From contig MRSU01003506.1 in assembly GCA_008369845.1 (NCBI GenBank), forward strand, positions 1 through 63,191: a stretch of 63,191 bases of DNA, read 5' to 3'. Shown one piece after another: positions 31,718-42,689 of the stretch; within the stretch, counting starts at the first letter, position 1; every line of letters starts with the position of its first letter. Source of the DNA: Trichomonas gallinae (Eukaryota). Made by a program: the position numbers and the translations under genes. Under the pieces are notes generated by a model. The model saw only the letters and a list, made by a program, of their open reading frames with translations, was not told the origin of the DNA and did not search any database.

Positions 31718-34700
31718 TTAAACATTGAGACGCAAAATGATTCCAGCGACTGGTGCCAATGATGATGACTGGTCTCTTCTCTCGAGTGTTGGAACAACAG
31801 TCATTGTCGATGACTTAGCGATCATTGGAGAAGGAAGATATCCGCTGCTGTATGTGCCGAGAAGTGTACCAAGAGCACCGAAGCTCAAAGGCTTGATTTC
31901 GTTCTCGAGGAGGCTGATGGCGATTTCAGTGACTCTTCCGCAGAAAACGTTAGTATCTTCAGAGAACCTCTTCCTGATGTCGCAAAGGAATCTGCAGATC
32001 CTTGGAATCTGGCCTCTGCACCTTGGCTCCTGGAGAGACATGATGAGGAATGGGCAGAATTCTGGATCTGCTGGTGGATCAACTGCCTCCTGTGTGAAAG
32101 CGAGCTGATGCAGCATGAAAGCACTTAGTGAATAAACTCTCTGTGTTGTCAAAATCTTCTTCACGAACTCGTTGACAACCTTTGTGTTTGTGATTTCAGC
32201 GAAACACTTAAAGAGTGCCATGACGATAAGCAAGACACCATCGACTCTCTTTTCTGCCTGAAGTTTCGCTTCTGTAACAATAACCTTAGATATATCTGAC
32301 CTGACGACGAAGGCAACAGCTTCTTCGAGAACATTCTTAGATGAAAGAAGAGAGCTCATCAAAGAAATCGCTCTGACTCTCACGTTCTCGCTATCGCTTC
32401 TCGAGGCGATGACTGCGAGAACGAAGATGTGCGGGCGACGTTGTGGAATTGCCTCGATGACCCTTTCGAGTGTCGCCAACGCGTATTCAATATATTGAGG
32501 CTCTGTCTTCATCTCTATAAAAAGGTTTAAGACTGATACGAAAATTTCAATTGAAGGAGGTTCAATGACAGATCTGCAGAAATAGTTGTAAACAGTTCTG
32601 TTCTCTTTGAAAGGCGACGAATCAGTTACAACAGACAAAGCGTCGGCGAAGAAGTCTGGGTTAGGATGTGAAGGGATTGTCAAGTTCTTGTTGAAATAAA
32701 GAAGATGTGCGACGCATGCCAATCTCGCGAAAATCTCGAATGACTCCTTTTGTGCTTCCAGCGAATGCATGACTGCGAATGTGATGACATTATTAGGAGT
32801 GTCGATGTCTTTGTCGTACAACAACATCTCGTTCAATATCTTTGCGAGTGACTCTGAATATCCGAAGCTGTGCCACTTTGCAGCGTGAATTAAATGCGGG
32901 ACTGTTAATCTGTTCGTCAAGATGCAGGCGAGTTTCGTGTTGTTTGTTTCGAGCAAACACTCTGCCATTGCTATCATGACATCTGGTCTTGTCGCAGCGT
33001 GCAAAACCGGAGCAGCCATTGTTGGATATTTGTTCAATGTCAAAGCAACAGTTGCAAGTTGCTGTGGTTGTAATTTGTCGATGCAGAATTTAATTACGAA
33101 GTAAAATTCGTTGAGTTGTTCTGGAGCTGAGCTTAACAATCTTTCCAAGAAATGCGGGAAGAATGAAACATCACTCAAAGATGTCGAAGGAACAGATAAG
33201 ATATTATTCGTGAAATCGTATTTGGCGACTGAATTGTGTTTGCCGATAACTTTGGTGATGACTGAGTAGATTTCTGATCTTGTTCTTGGATTTTCGTCTG
33301 ATAATGCGACCAACAATTCAGCAAAGCAGAAATTCATGTCGAATGGCATCGTGCGTGTCTTCTTAGCGTGTCTGACCCAGAATTCGTAGATTGTATTTGC
33401 CGCACGCTTTTCTTTGTCATCTGTTTTATCTGAATTTTCAACCAACGAAAGGTAATTGAATGATGTGACTTCTTTCCTGAAGAAAAGTCTTGTCTTAGAC
33501 ATCATGACTCCGTTCTGTGCAATCGAAACTTGAATTCCAGTATCAGTGTGCTTGAAATTAAAAGATCCTGGGTTTGCAATGCCGAATATGTGTGCATTAG
33601 GAATAATTGCCCTCGGGAACTGCTTCAATGCTTCTTCGTAATTCACGATATTAAACATCTTGACGGATTCAGCTGGAACAGCGACATCGAGCAATCCTAA
33701 GACTTCCTCGCTTGGATTCAGCAGATAAACGCTTCTTACTTTGTTCGAAAAGCTTTTCAGACCAGAAACCATCGCTCTGCCAACATTTGCGTCGACATTC
33801 GCGCATGAGCAGTCAACCAAGATCTCGCATTGTGTCACGTGAGCTAAATGCATCTGAATGTAATGCAAAATGTTTTCAGCTGATTTCCATGAAGATTTGA
33901 TTCTGTCCAAATAGAAGACGAATTGTTGAACAGATGAGTTATTTCCGATGTAAATCATAACATTTGCATCTCTCATTTGTACAACTTGCAAATGGTTGAT
34001 GTTTTCGCCGTAAACATGTAATGTGTCGTAGCTGGAATCGGCCAAGCAGTATTCCAAGAAGTTCATGTATGCGTCCGAGAACTCTGGATTTGCCTGGTTG
34101 TATTCGCCCATTGTCCTGATGCTTTCTGATAAAATTTGATCCAAATATGAGCTCATTTTGATGTCTTGAGTGAATTGTCCGCATGGTTGCGAGTCTGTCT
34201 TTTCAATGCAGACATTATATGAGCCTGGTTCGTTCAAGAATTTTCTCAAGAAATTATCTGTGAATAATTTCGAAAATTGTTCCCTGAGGATTTCATATGA
34301 TGAAACAATTGTTGGATTCTGAGCAATGTATTTGACCATTTGCACTGGATTATTTGCTTTGTAGTATTCGAAGATTTGCTTGAGATTTTCCTCTGTGAAG
34401 CAAAAATCGAAGAATGCTTGCAAGAAAAGTCCCAAATCATATGATCTGGATCTGTCTGGATGAATAATATATCTGAAATATTCCATGTGAAGGTTATAAT
34501 ACGATAAGAAGTGGCAGGCTGCCTTGTATGCACGAGCACTGTTGTAAATCATGTCGTTGAATGAAACATTAACACGATTCACTGAAATCGCGTAATTTCC
34601 ATATTCTAATTTAGTTACGAGCATGCCATAGCCGAACTTCTGTGGATCGAATTCTTTCGTGATGGCCAAAATGATCAATTGCTTGAAATCTGCTTCACTT

Positions 34701-37336
34701 TCGGAAATCAACTGGAAACAGACATCGAAAGCGATATCAAAGTTCTTTTGGAGGAGTTTGCCGATAGTTTCGATGATTGATTCAGATACAGAGTCTTTCT
34801 GCTGGAAAGAATATTTGATGAAATTCAAAACGCTAAGGATAGCATAGACAACTTTCTTGGCCTTCTTTTCAAGTTCTGCCGTAGTGTTGTGATCTTCGTG
34901 GAGAATGTTCAAAATCGAAACACTTCCGACGATTGCTGATAATGCGGTCATTGCGCCCTTAACGATGCCCGGAATCTTAACGAATCTCGTGCAATACTTC
35001 GATATGAATTCGAGCAAGAAGATTAAACATGTTTCGTCGTGTTTTGTTTCTTCGCCATTAAAAATAACAGAGCAATATTCGCAGGCGTACTTAGCAATGG
35101 TGTCGTGCTTAGTTCCGAAGTCACCACAAATAAGGATTCTGAAGAAATTCGCAGCAATTGAACGACGCTTAATTGGATCTCTGCATTTTTCAGCTTTAGC
35201 GAGATTCAAAGCTGTTCTGATGAGACCAACCATGTATTCGTGGTCATTGAAATCGCGCATTTGCAATTGCTTCTCAACTGTTTCGATTAACCTGTCTTCA
35301 ACCATAGGAATCGCGTCTGGGCGAGTATTCTTGAATGCCTCGACAATACCACCGTTGATCTTGATCATTTCGAAGACTCTTGAGATGAAAATGTTATTTG
35401 TTTGTGCAGATCTGAGAGAAACTGTTAATCCGAAGACAGGATTGATCTTGAGTTGAGTGAAAGGAAGCCACAAAAGGATTTCATTGAACTCCTTAGTTGG
35501 ATTTTGAGGAGCTGAAGCTGCTGTGAGCTCGCAAATATATTTAATTGTGATTCTGATCTTATCGATGATCGATTGTGGCACAAAACCGAACATTTCGACA
35601 ATCAATAAGCAGTCATAGGCCTTAGCAGCAACAATCGGGACTGTAACTCTCCATTGTTGTTCTTTTCTGTCTTTTATGACGAAAGCAATCCAAAGAAGGA
35701 ACTGCAAGAAGATGGATGTGACTTGCGTGACGTTATACATTGATTTCTTGTACATTTCTAAAAATGAATTATAAAAATTCAAGACAATATTCTCAAGCGT
35801 TGGGACGATCTTTGTCGGCTCGATGTTCTTAAGAAGATTCCAAATGTCATATGGCAAGAAAACGTTTCTGCATAGTAAATATAATTTCGCTGGCGCAGAA
35901 AGTGCTGTCATCTTCTTGAGAGCGTTCTCAATGAATTGCGCGAGATTTGATGTGTCCAAAAATTGACGGATAAGAATTTCGACGCCCGGCATCGGGAATA
36001 ATTGTTCGATTGCGATTTCTGTCTTAACAAGCTGCAGAGAAGTCTCGAAACGTTGTCTGCCGAGGATGATTTCGTAAGCTCTCTTGTAGTCACAAGAAAT
36101 AATCTCTTTAATTAAGAAATTCAATATTTTTTCTGGAAGATGCATGATGTCATACGGCATTGGATAGGACTTGAATACAAATTGAATGAAGTCGATACCT
36201 TGTGTGCGAGATTTGATGCATTCTAACGCGAGATTCCAATTTTTGCAGTTTGAGTCGCAAGTTTCGAAAGCCGCAAGATTTGGAAGAATGTTTTGAAGGT
36301 TTGTATCACGTTTGCCTTGAATGATCTTAGAAAGGTTCTGTTCCGTTGCTTTGATTTCATTTGAAAAATAATCTGAAATTGGACCCGGATATGTATGCGT
36401 GAAGAACATTAATTGTAATATAGACTGGTAGATAAATTCGACGATGGATGTCTTCGGTTTCTTCTTCGTAATTACAGAGAAGAAATTATTTAATTCCTTT
36501 TGCTCCGGAGAGCTTGGTTCGATGAATTTCTTCATGGCGAACGGCAGAAGGAAAGCAACTAACGGATAGTTCTGGTAGTTGCTTTTGTCCGCTTGAAGAA
36601 TTCCAACAACGAAAGGCAGAAGGCTGTCTGAGGTGTGTTTTTGGATGGCAACTCTATGCTCAGCCGCGTGCTTGTAGGAAAAGTTGCTGAAAAGCTTGTA
36701 CAAACGAGAATAAAAAAGTTGAGTTTCTTCGGGCGCAATTTTAGATTTGAATGTTGGGAGGACTTCTAGGAGAGAAATGAGAGATTCTGCAGATGTTGTC
36801 ATGTATTTAACTCTGTCGAATAAAGCATCAACAGAAACTTTCGTTTTTATTGTAGTAAAATAATAAGGAAGTATGTTGATTCCTGCCATTTCAGCATGCT
36901 CTATAATTGAGCCGAATGTTCGTAGTAATTTTTTGGACATTTGCGGGTTTGTTAGAACTGGATGAGCGATAATTCCTGTCAAAACCACTGGCATGTTTGT
37001 ATTATCAACAACTGGTGGAAAAAGAGATGCTACTGCAGCTAAAGTGTATAAAAGAAATTGATCGAAAATTGTAATTTGAGATTTTTCCGCTGTTTCGTTT
37101 AATTTTTTAGCTAAAGCTATACAAAAAACGTAGTAGCCCTCTTTCAATGGAAGAGCGCTGCTCGCCTGAATCATTTTAAGGATTTTCGTGCCGGGTTGCT
37201 CGATCCACAAATCTTCCTGAAACCAACGCAATTCTTCAGGAGTTAGCTGAGTCTTCTGTATGAAGTTGTTCAGCTGGTTGGAGATATCGTCGATGAGCTC
37301 GGCGATTGCGTTATAAGCTGCCATAGATCTATCCAT
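31718..37336 (-). CDS. Neurofibromin/IRA-like large helical protein with Sec14-like domain; GAP domain degenerate
   Basis: QFVFYLDRI...ILHYIQMHL...CEILVDCS...VRSVYLLNPS resembles the NF1 Sec14 domain. It is preceded by FLRKFLNEP and followed by a long helical C-terminus. Confidence 0.55.
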   Translation of the reverse strand: MDRSMAAYNAIAELIDDISNQLNNFIQKTQLTPEELRWFQEDLWIEQPGTKILKMIQASSALPLKEGYYVFCIALAKKLNETAEKSQITIFDQFLLYTLAAVASLFPPVVDNTNMPVVLTGIIAHPVLTNPQMSKKLLRTFGSIIEHAEMAGINILPYYFTTIKTKVSVDALFDRVKYMTTSAESLISLLEVLPTFKSKIAPEETQLFYSRLYKLFSNFSYKHAAEHRVAIQKHTSDSLLPFVVGILQADKSNYQNYPLVAFLLPFAMKKFIEPSSPEQKELNNFFSVITKKKPKTSIVEFIYQSILQLMFFTHTYPGPISDYFSNEIKATEQNLSKIIQGKRDTNLQNILPNLAAFETCDSNCKNWNLALECIKSRTQGIDFIQFVFKSYPMPYDIMHLPEKILNFLIKEIISCDYKRAYEIILGRQRFETSLQLVKTEIAIEQLFPMPGVEILIRQFLDTSNLAQFIENALKKMTALSAPAKLYLLCRNVFLPYDIWNLLKNIEPTKIVPTLENIVLNFYNSFLEMYKKSMYNVTQVTSIFLQFLLWIAFVIKDRKEQQWRVTVPIVAAKAYDCLLIVEMFGFVPQSIIDKIRITIKYICELTAASAPQNPTKEFNEILLWLPFTQLKINPVFGLTVSLRSAQTNNIFISRVFEMIKINGGIVEAFKNTRPDAIPMVEDRLIETVEKQLQMRDFNDHEYMVGLIRTALNLAKAEKCRDPIKRRSIAANFFRILICGDFGTKHDTIAKYACEYCSVIFNGEETKHDETCLIFLLEFISKYCTRFVKIPGIVKGAMTALSAIVGSVSILNILHEDHNTTAELEKKAKKVVYAILSVLNFIKYSFQQKDSVSESIIETIGKLLQKNFDIAFDVCFQLISESEADFKQLIILAITKEFDPQKFGYGMLVTKLEYGNYAISVNRVNVSFNDMIYNSARAYKAACHFLSYYNLHMEYFRYIIHPDRSRSYDLGLFLQAFFDFCFTEENLKQIFEYYKANNPVQMVKYIAQNPTIVSSYEILREQFSKLFTDNFLRKFLNEPGSYNVCIEKTDSQPCGQFTQDIKMSSYLDQILSESIRTMGEYNQANPEFSDAYMNFLEYCLADSSYDTLHVYGENINHLQVVQMRDANVMIYIGNNSSVQQFVFYLDRIKSSWKSAENILHYIQMHLAHVTQCEILVDCSCANVDANVGRAMVSGLKSFSNKVRSVYLLNPSEEVLGLLDVAVPAESVKMFNIVNYEEALKQFPRAIIPNAHIFGIANPGSFNFKHTDTGIQVSIAQNGVMMSKTRLFFRKEVTSFNYLSLVENSDKTDDKEKRAANTIYEFWVRHAKKTRTMPFDMNFCFAELLVALSDENPRTRSEIYSVITKVIGKHNSVAKYDFTNNILSVPSTSLSDVSFFPHFLERLLSSAPEQLNEFYFVIKFCIDKLQPQQLATVALTLNKYPTMAAPVLHAATRPDVMIAMAECLLETNNTKLACILTNRLTVPHLIHAAKWHSFGYSESLAKILNEMLLYDKDIDTPNNVITFAVMHSLEAQKESFEIFARLACVAHLLYFNKNLTIPSHPNPDFFADALSVVTDSSPFKENRTVYNYFCRSVIEPPSIEIFVSVLNLFIEMKTEPQYIEYALATLERVIEAIPQRRPHIFVLAVIASRSDSENVRVRAISLMSSLLSSKNVLEEAVAFVVRSDISKVIVTEAKLQAEKRVDGVLLIVMALFKCFAEITNTKVVNEFVKKILTTQRVYSLSAFMLHQLAFTQEAVDPPADPEFCPFLIMSLQEPRCRGQIPRICRFLCDIRKRFSEDTNVFCGRVTEIAISLLENEIKPLSFGALGTLLGTYSSGYLPSPMIAKSSTMTVVPTLERRDQSSSLAPVAGIILRLNV

Positions 37337-38353
37337 TTCTTATTTTTATTTTTAATGCCAAAAAAATAAAAATAAAATTTTTTAAATTCTTTGTTTTTTA
37401 TTAAGCTAATTAAATAATTAATATTTTTATTAAAATCTTTTTAATTTCAAAATTTAATAAAATTTTTTCAAAATCTCATCATATTGGCTTGAAACCCCAT
37501 ATATATCGATCCGTTAAATCCTAGATATTTATTATATACTTTAATAGCTTGCCTATTTTAGCCCTATAAAAAGTTTTGCGAATGAAAACTTTTTGGAGAA
37601 AATAAGGTTAATTGTTACAGTCAAATTGTCCATTTTCTTTTTGGTACCATTTTTGTATCCTGTATATTTCAGAGATCACGTTTTTATTGTTGTTAAACGT
37701 TGACATTCTTAATTTTCAGATTTCATGTCGAAAGTTAACGATAAATGTCTGTGAGACACTTGATTTTGACATGTATGCACTTGAACTATTACATACTCAT
37801 TCGTGAAATCACAATCCGAATAATAACATCTGAAATCAAGAAATTATCATTTGCCAATTCCATCCTAAATGCATTATATATTAATGTCTTCTATTTATAT
37901 GAATAAATATTTGATCAAAATATGGTCATAATATTAATAAAATCACATTTCAAAATTGCAAGACTATCAAAAACGCATAATTTTCTCTGCCTCATTGTAT
38001 TGTTAACTATATTATCATTTATAAGACTAAATTTAATAAGCTGAACTGTAAAAATGTTTAAATCGCATTGAGATTAATTCGAATTTTATTTCATACTAAA
38101 TTAATGTGTATTTTTCTATCATTAGATTTGATATTGATTAGTTTAGTTATTTATGATTATATTTGCCGCTATATTCAGTCCTATTATTATAATAACAATG
38201 ATTGATATTTTTTATAGGGGATAATAAAAATATAAAGGGATAATCGTTATAAAAATCTATAATATTTTAGAAATAATTAGTATATTAAATATTGATACGA
38301 AATATTTAATAAATGGAAAATAAATGACGATTATTATTTTAAAAAACGTATAA

Positions 38354-40237
38354 ATGGAGAAGAAATCTCCAAAATTAGCAACTCCAAATACAAAGTCGGC
38401 AAAATTCGATGACACACAGAAGCAAATTGTCAGACCAGTCTCGAAAATTGGCGGAAGAGAGCTAAATAGCTCCTGTTACCGATTATCAAGACCGCAACAA
38501 AAATTCACATCGATAAAATCCATCCAACAAGACAGGCAAGAGCCATGGGCCCAACAATATTTCCAAAAACACCCAGATGAACTCAAGAAAACGGAACCAG
38601 AAATCAAACTCCAAAAAATCGACGAATTACTCAACAGCGACCAAGAGCTTTCATACGAAACAAAGCAAAAACTATTGATTCGTAAAAAGATTTTGTGCTA
38701 CATCCACTACGGAGAAGATTCATACGAAGCCGTTGAAGTTCACCACGACGTTGGTGCTTTCTACCATGATGGACCTCACAACGCTTCTGCGATTAGACAC
38801 TTCGAAAAGGCTCAATCTATCATCAAAACTAAAAATGAAAAAGAAGGTGAGAATAAACAAGAGCAAGAAACAACAGAAATCAATAACGAAGAACTACAAG
38901 CTGAAAATAATCAGGAAAACCCAGAAGAAAACACAAAAGATCTCAAATTTTTATCAAATAAAATTGATTTGGAATGTGCAGAGTGTTATTATGAACAGGC
39001 GAAAGCTACACCAGATGATAACACCCAAAACAAGCGCCAAATTAGATCAGACTTAAATAAATCTTGGTCTAATATAGCAAAAGTCGATACTGTTGATACT
39101 TTATACGGTCATACAGATCTCCAATATAGGGCTGATGTCCTTAAGGGCAGAATTCAACGCATGAAAAAGAATTATTCAGATGCAGATTTATATTACGGAT
39201 CTTCCATTCAATATTTAACAGATACAAGCAACCATGATCAACAATTCACAGCAGCTAAGACATGGGTCGAAAAGGCTGAATGTGGAGAAGAATTCGCAAA
39301 TACACTGAACGAATACGAGAAAAGGAAGCAAATGAGGAACGTTGGACTAGACTATCAAAATGCCTATAATGTTTTCCTGGATATAGATGAAACAGAAGAA
39401 GCAGAGAAGATTAAAGATAAACTTCCAACAGAAGAATACGAAGAACCAGTTCAAGACCCAATGATGATGATCACAACAGACGACCCCTCCAAGTTTGTCG
39501 CTAACGATGATGAAGTTACTGCTAAAGAACTTATTATTAAAAAGGAAGAAGAAGAAAACAAATCCAAATCATCATCTTCTAGTTCGTCTTCTTCATCTTC
39601 TAGTTCATCATCTAGCAAAGAATCGAAGAAGAGTGAAAGTGCGAGATCAAAGAAATCAGATAAATCCGAAAAATCAGACAAAGAAGACGAAGAATCAGAT
39701 GACGAGAAGCATGAATCTGAGAAGGAAGAAGAACATGAGTCAGATGACGAAAAAGAAGAAGAAAAGTCAGATTATGGTTTCTCGGACAAAGAAGCTAAAG
39801 AGGAGGAAGATAAGAAGGAGGAGCCAAGGAAGAACGAATTATTCTTGGGTGGTGGCATTAGAAATAAGTTAGAATCGTTCGGCGATGAAGAAAAGAAGAA
39901 ATCTGATGATGAAGATGGATTTAGTGATTCTGAGGAGAAGAAATACGAGTCAGAACACAACGATGATGATAAGAAAGACGATGATGAATCAGATTTCGAT
40001 AAATCTGAAGAGAAAGAGGAATCAGAGCATGATAAAAGCGATGATGACTTTTCAAATGATAAACATGATGATAGTGATGATGATTTCGATAGATCAGAAG
40101 AAAAGAAGAAATCTGATGACGATGATGATAACTTCGAATCTGATGAAGATAACCACGATAAAGATGACCATGATGAAGAAGAAAAGAAGAAAGATGAAGA
40201 TGATGAAGACTTCAATTTCGATGATGATTTCAACTAA
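38354..40237 (+). CDS. TPR-containing protein (TTC23-like N-domain) with long acidic D/E/K/S low-complexity tail
   Basis: LLIRKKILCYIHYGEDSYEAVEVHHDVGAFY...AIRHFEKA resembles a TTC23-type TPR. The C-terminal ~230 aa are low complexity. Confidence 0.6.
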   Translation: MEKKSPKLATPNTKSAKFDDTQKQIVRPVSKIGGRELNSSCYRLSRPQQKFTSIKSIQQDRQEPWAQQYFQKHPDELKKTEPEIKLQKIDELLNSDQELSYETKQKLLIRKKILCYIHYGEDSYEAVEVHHDVGAFYHDGPHNASAIRHFEKAQSIIKTKNEKEGENKQEQETTEINNEELQAENNQENPEENTKDLKFLSNKIDLECAECYYEQAKATPDDNTQNKRQIRSDLNKSWSNIAKVDTVDTLYGHTDLQYRADVLKGRIQRMKKNYSDADLYYGSSIQYLTDTSNHDQQFTAAKTWVEKAECGEEFANTLNEYEKRKQMRNVGLDYQNAYNVFLDIDETEEAEKIKDKLPTEEYEEPVQDPMMMITTDDPSKFVANDDEVTAKELIIKKEEEENKSKSSSSSSSSSSSSSSSSKESKKSESARSKKSDKSEKSDKEDEESDDEKHESEKEEEHESDDEKEEEKSDYGFSDKEAKEEEDKKEEPRKNELFLGGGIRNKLESFGDEEKKKSDDEDGFSDSEEKKYESEHNDDDKKDDDESDFDKSEEKEESEHDKSDDDFSNDKHDDSDDDFDRSEEKKKSDDDDDNFESDEDNHDKDDHDEEEKKKDEDDEDFNFDDDFN

Positions 40238-40550
40238 ATAAATCTATTTATTTTTGTTTTACAACTAAAAATTGGTGTATAATATTCTCATTTTTAATAT
40301 TAAAAAGTTATATGCTTTATAATGCATTTCATACGATGTGAATAGAACAATTACTATAGACACTTGATTTCTTCTACAATAATTATGGATATTTATTGAA
40401 AAATATAAACTCATATAATATTTTTTGCAAATTGATTTTAATAATGTTGTTAAAAACACTACATTCATGGAAATTGTTAAACTAGACAAATAAAACAAAC
40501 TAATAATGATTTAGAAATTTGATAAAAAAAAACAACAAAAATTATTCTTT

Positions 40551-41954
40551 TCAAACACTGATAGTTTCATCACCTGATGGTACACTTAATCTAAACATCA
40601 GCTGATCGTATAAAACACGAACTTTAGCGATTTCTTCATCTCTATCTATCAAGAAAACAAGAGGAGTAAGGATGCAAAGAGCTTTCTGGTACTTGAACTT
40701 TGCGAAAGACATATTTCCATCTTGTTCTGATTTGACTCCTGTCATTGCATATTCCATTCCTTTGTCAAAGAGGAATTTCAATGCAGATATTGAAGGGGGC
40801 TCCATTTCTGATTCAGAAAGATCATCTGCTTCCTCTTTATACCCATCAATCTGTGAAATAATTGGATCTTCATTTGAACATGATCCAATTGCTCTGCATT
40901 CGAAGAGAATATCTATCAAAAACTCGCACATTGTAGTTAAGAGGTCAAAAAGCACAGCATCACCAATATCCTGGCAATCTGTAAACAAATCCTCGATTGC
41001 AACTGCAGATTCTTTCACAATACTCAAAATTTTGTCTGGTTTTTCATCCTTGTCCAATGGTATGATATGAGTGAATGAGAATTTCTTCTTTCTTCCCGAT
41101 GTAGCTGATAACGTTGATTTTGGTGGATTTTTGAAGTAAGGATGTTCCAAATATTCATTCAGAGTCATCCTATTTACAGGATCAACTGTTAAAAGTCTGA
41201 AAACTAATTCTCTTAGATTTTCGTTACATTCGATATTCTTAGGAATTTGTATTGGTTTCGAGCCAAGTTTCCTGATTTCTTCTGTTAATTGGAATGGTGA
41301 CTTACAATTTGGAAAAGGAGGCTGCAAAACAATCATTTCATACAGAATCACGCCAATACTCCACATATCGACTGCTGCTGTATATGGAGAGTTAAACTGT
41401 ATTTCAGGGGCCATGTAAATCGGTGACCCACAGATTGTTTCCGCCATATCATTGTCATGCAAAAATCTTGCAAATCCAAAATCAGCAATTTTGAGTGTAA
41501 TATCAGGCCACTCGCCTTTTATCATGATATTTTGTGGTTTTAAGTCTCTGTGAATGATTTCTTTCGACTTTAAATATTCCAAACCTTGACCAATCTGTTT
41601 TGCGAAGTTATAAATCATTTCTGGTGATATTCCAAGTCCAAATCTCTTTAAAAAGCAGTGCAAGTCGCCAGTTTCGCAGTATTCCATGATTAAAAAGTAT
41701 GTCGATTGTGTTCTTTCGACACCGTAAAGTCTAACGATGTTATTATGAGATAATTTCTGCATAAGGCTTATTTCGTTCTCTAATTTTTGTCTTTCTTCGG
41801 GTGTTGAAAATTTATTTGTTGAAATTGATTTCACAGCAACAACATCACCAATTTGTAATGGTGGATAGTTTCCTACAATTGTGGACTTGTAAACTGTAGC
41901 AAATGAACCTCTGCCGAGTTCTTCACAAATTCTAATTTTCCCATTTATAATCAT
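40551..41954 (-). CDS. ATG1: ATG1/ULK-family Ser/Thr kinase
   Basis: GRGSFATVY, VAVK, IHRDLKPQN, KIADFGFARFL and MAETICGSPIYMAPE (ATG1 activation-loop signature). The C-terminus is MIT-like (AKFKYQKALCIL). Confidence 0.8.
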   Translation of the reverse strand: MIINGKIRICEELGRGSFATVYKSTIVGNYPPLQIGDVVAVKSISTNKFSTPEERQKLENEISLMQKLSHNNIVRLYGVERTQSTYFLIMEYCETGDLHCFLKRFGLGISPEMIYNFAKQIGQGLEYLKSKEIIHRDLKPQNIMIKGEWPDITLKIADFGFARFLHDNDMAETICGSPIYMAPEIQFNSPYTAAVDMWSIGVILYEMIVLQPPFPNCKSPFQLTEEIRKLGSKPIQIPKNIECNENLRELVFRLLTVDPVNRMTLNEYLEHPYFKNPPKSTLSATSGRKKKFSFTHIIPLDKDEKPDKILSIVKESAVAIEDLFTDCQDIGDAVLFDLLTTMCEFLIDILFECRAIGSCSNEDPIISQIDGYKEEADDLSESEMEPPSISALKFLFDKGMEYAMTGVKSEQDGNMSFAKFKYQKALCILTPLVFLIDRDEEIAKVRVLYDQLMFRLSVPSGDETISV

Positions 41955-41969
41955 TGATAAAAAAATTAA

Positions 41970-42002
41970 TTTTACATGGCAAAAAATATTTTACATGACA
42001 AA
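41970..42002. promoter_or_regulatory. Two tandem copies of the TTTACATGNCAAA motif upstream of ATG1
   Basis: TTTTACATGGCAAA at 41970-41983 and TTTTACATGACAAA at 41989-42002; ATG at 41954. Confidence 0.65.
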
Positions 42003-42161
42003 TCAATATACTTACTTTTTAGCCATCAAATACCATCATACAACAGCACTAAACCATTTTTCATCGCTAAACATTACTAAAAATTCAATATCATAAATTA
42101 TTTCATAAAAAAATCTCAATGAATAAGTGAAATAAGTAATATATATACATATTTAGAGTAT

Positions 42162-42689
42162 TCATACATTAATTTTTCCAAGTAACCACTTGAAAGCTTC
42201 ATTGATGCCGAGATTTGCAGATGCAGTGCAAGGCATAACATTATATACTAAGTGTTTTGTTCCACCTGCATCTATTAGTCTTTCTAATTCTTCTGCAGTT
42301 GCCGCTCCTTCGATATCTTGTTTATTTGCCAAAAATAATATTGGACAGTTTCCTAATTCAGGTACTGATGCAACTTCATGTATTTCTGACTTGGCTTGAG
42401 CTAATTTATCTCTGTCTGAGCAATCAACGACAAAAATAACTGCGACAGAGCCTTCGAAGTAATGTCTCCACAGATTTCTTTGCTTCTCTGCAACATCTAT
42501 GTCCCAAGTAACTAAATCGAAGTCCTCCCACTTGATTGTTTGAGTATTAAAATCTTGAACTTTAAAAGATCGAATAGATTGGTCCCCTTTCAGTTTGTTG
42601 AGAATGGTGGTCTTTCCGGCTAATTTAAGGCCAAGCATGAGAATTCTAGGAATTGACTCATCTTCACCACATGCACAAATATTTCCCAT
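42162..42689 (-). CDS. Arf/Arl-family small GTPase with non-canonical switch motifs
   Basis: MGN start, GLKLAGKTT, LWRHYF, IFVVD, LANKQD and CTAS. G3 reads WDIDVA. Confidence 0.88.
   Translation of the reverse strand: MGNICACGEDESIPRILMLGLKLAGKTTILNKLKGDQSIRSFKVQDFNTQTIKWEDFDLVTWDIDVAEKQRNLWRHYFEGSVAVIFVVDCSDRDKLAQAKSEIHEVASVPELGNCPILFLANKQDIEGAATAEELERLIDAGGTKHLVYNVMPCTASANLGINEAFKWLLGKINV

Noticed and set aside
37765..37775. Partial motif copy TTTGACATGTA
   Set aside because: Lacks the full AAA end and is >400 nt from any start, so it was not counted as support.
39451..40241. Several overlapping ORFs in the acidic tail region
   Set aside because: Alternative-frame or antisense products of low-complexity codons.
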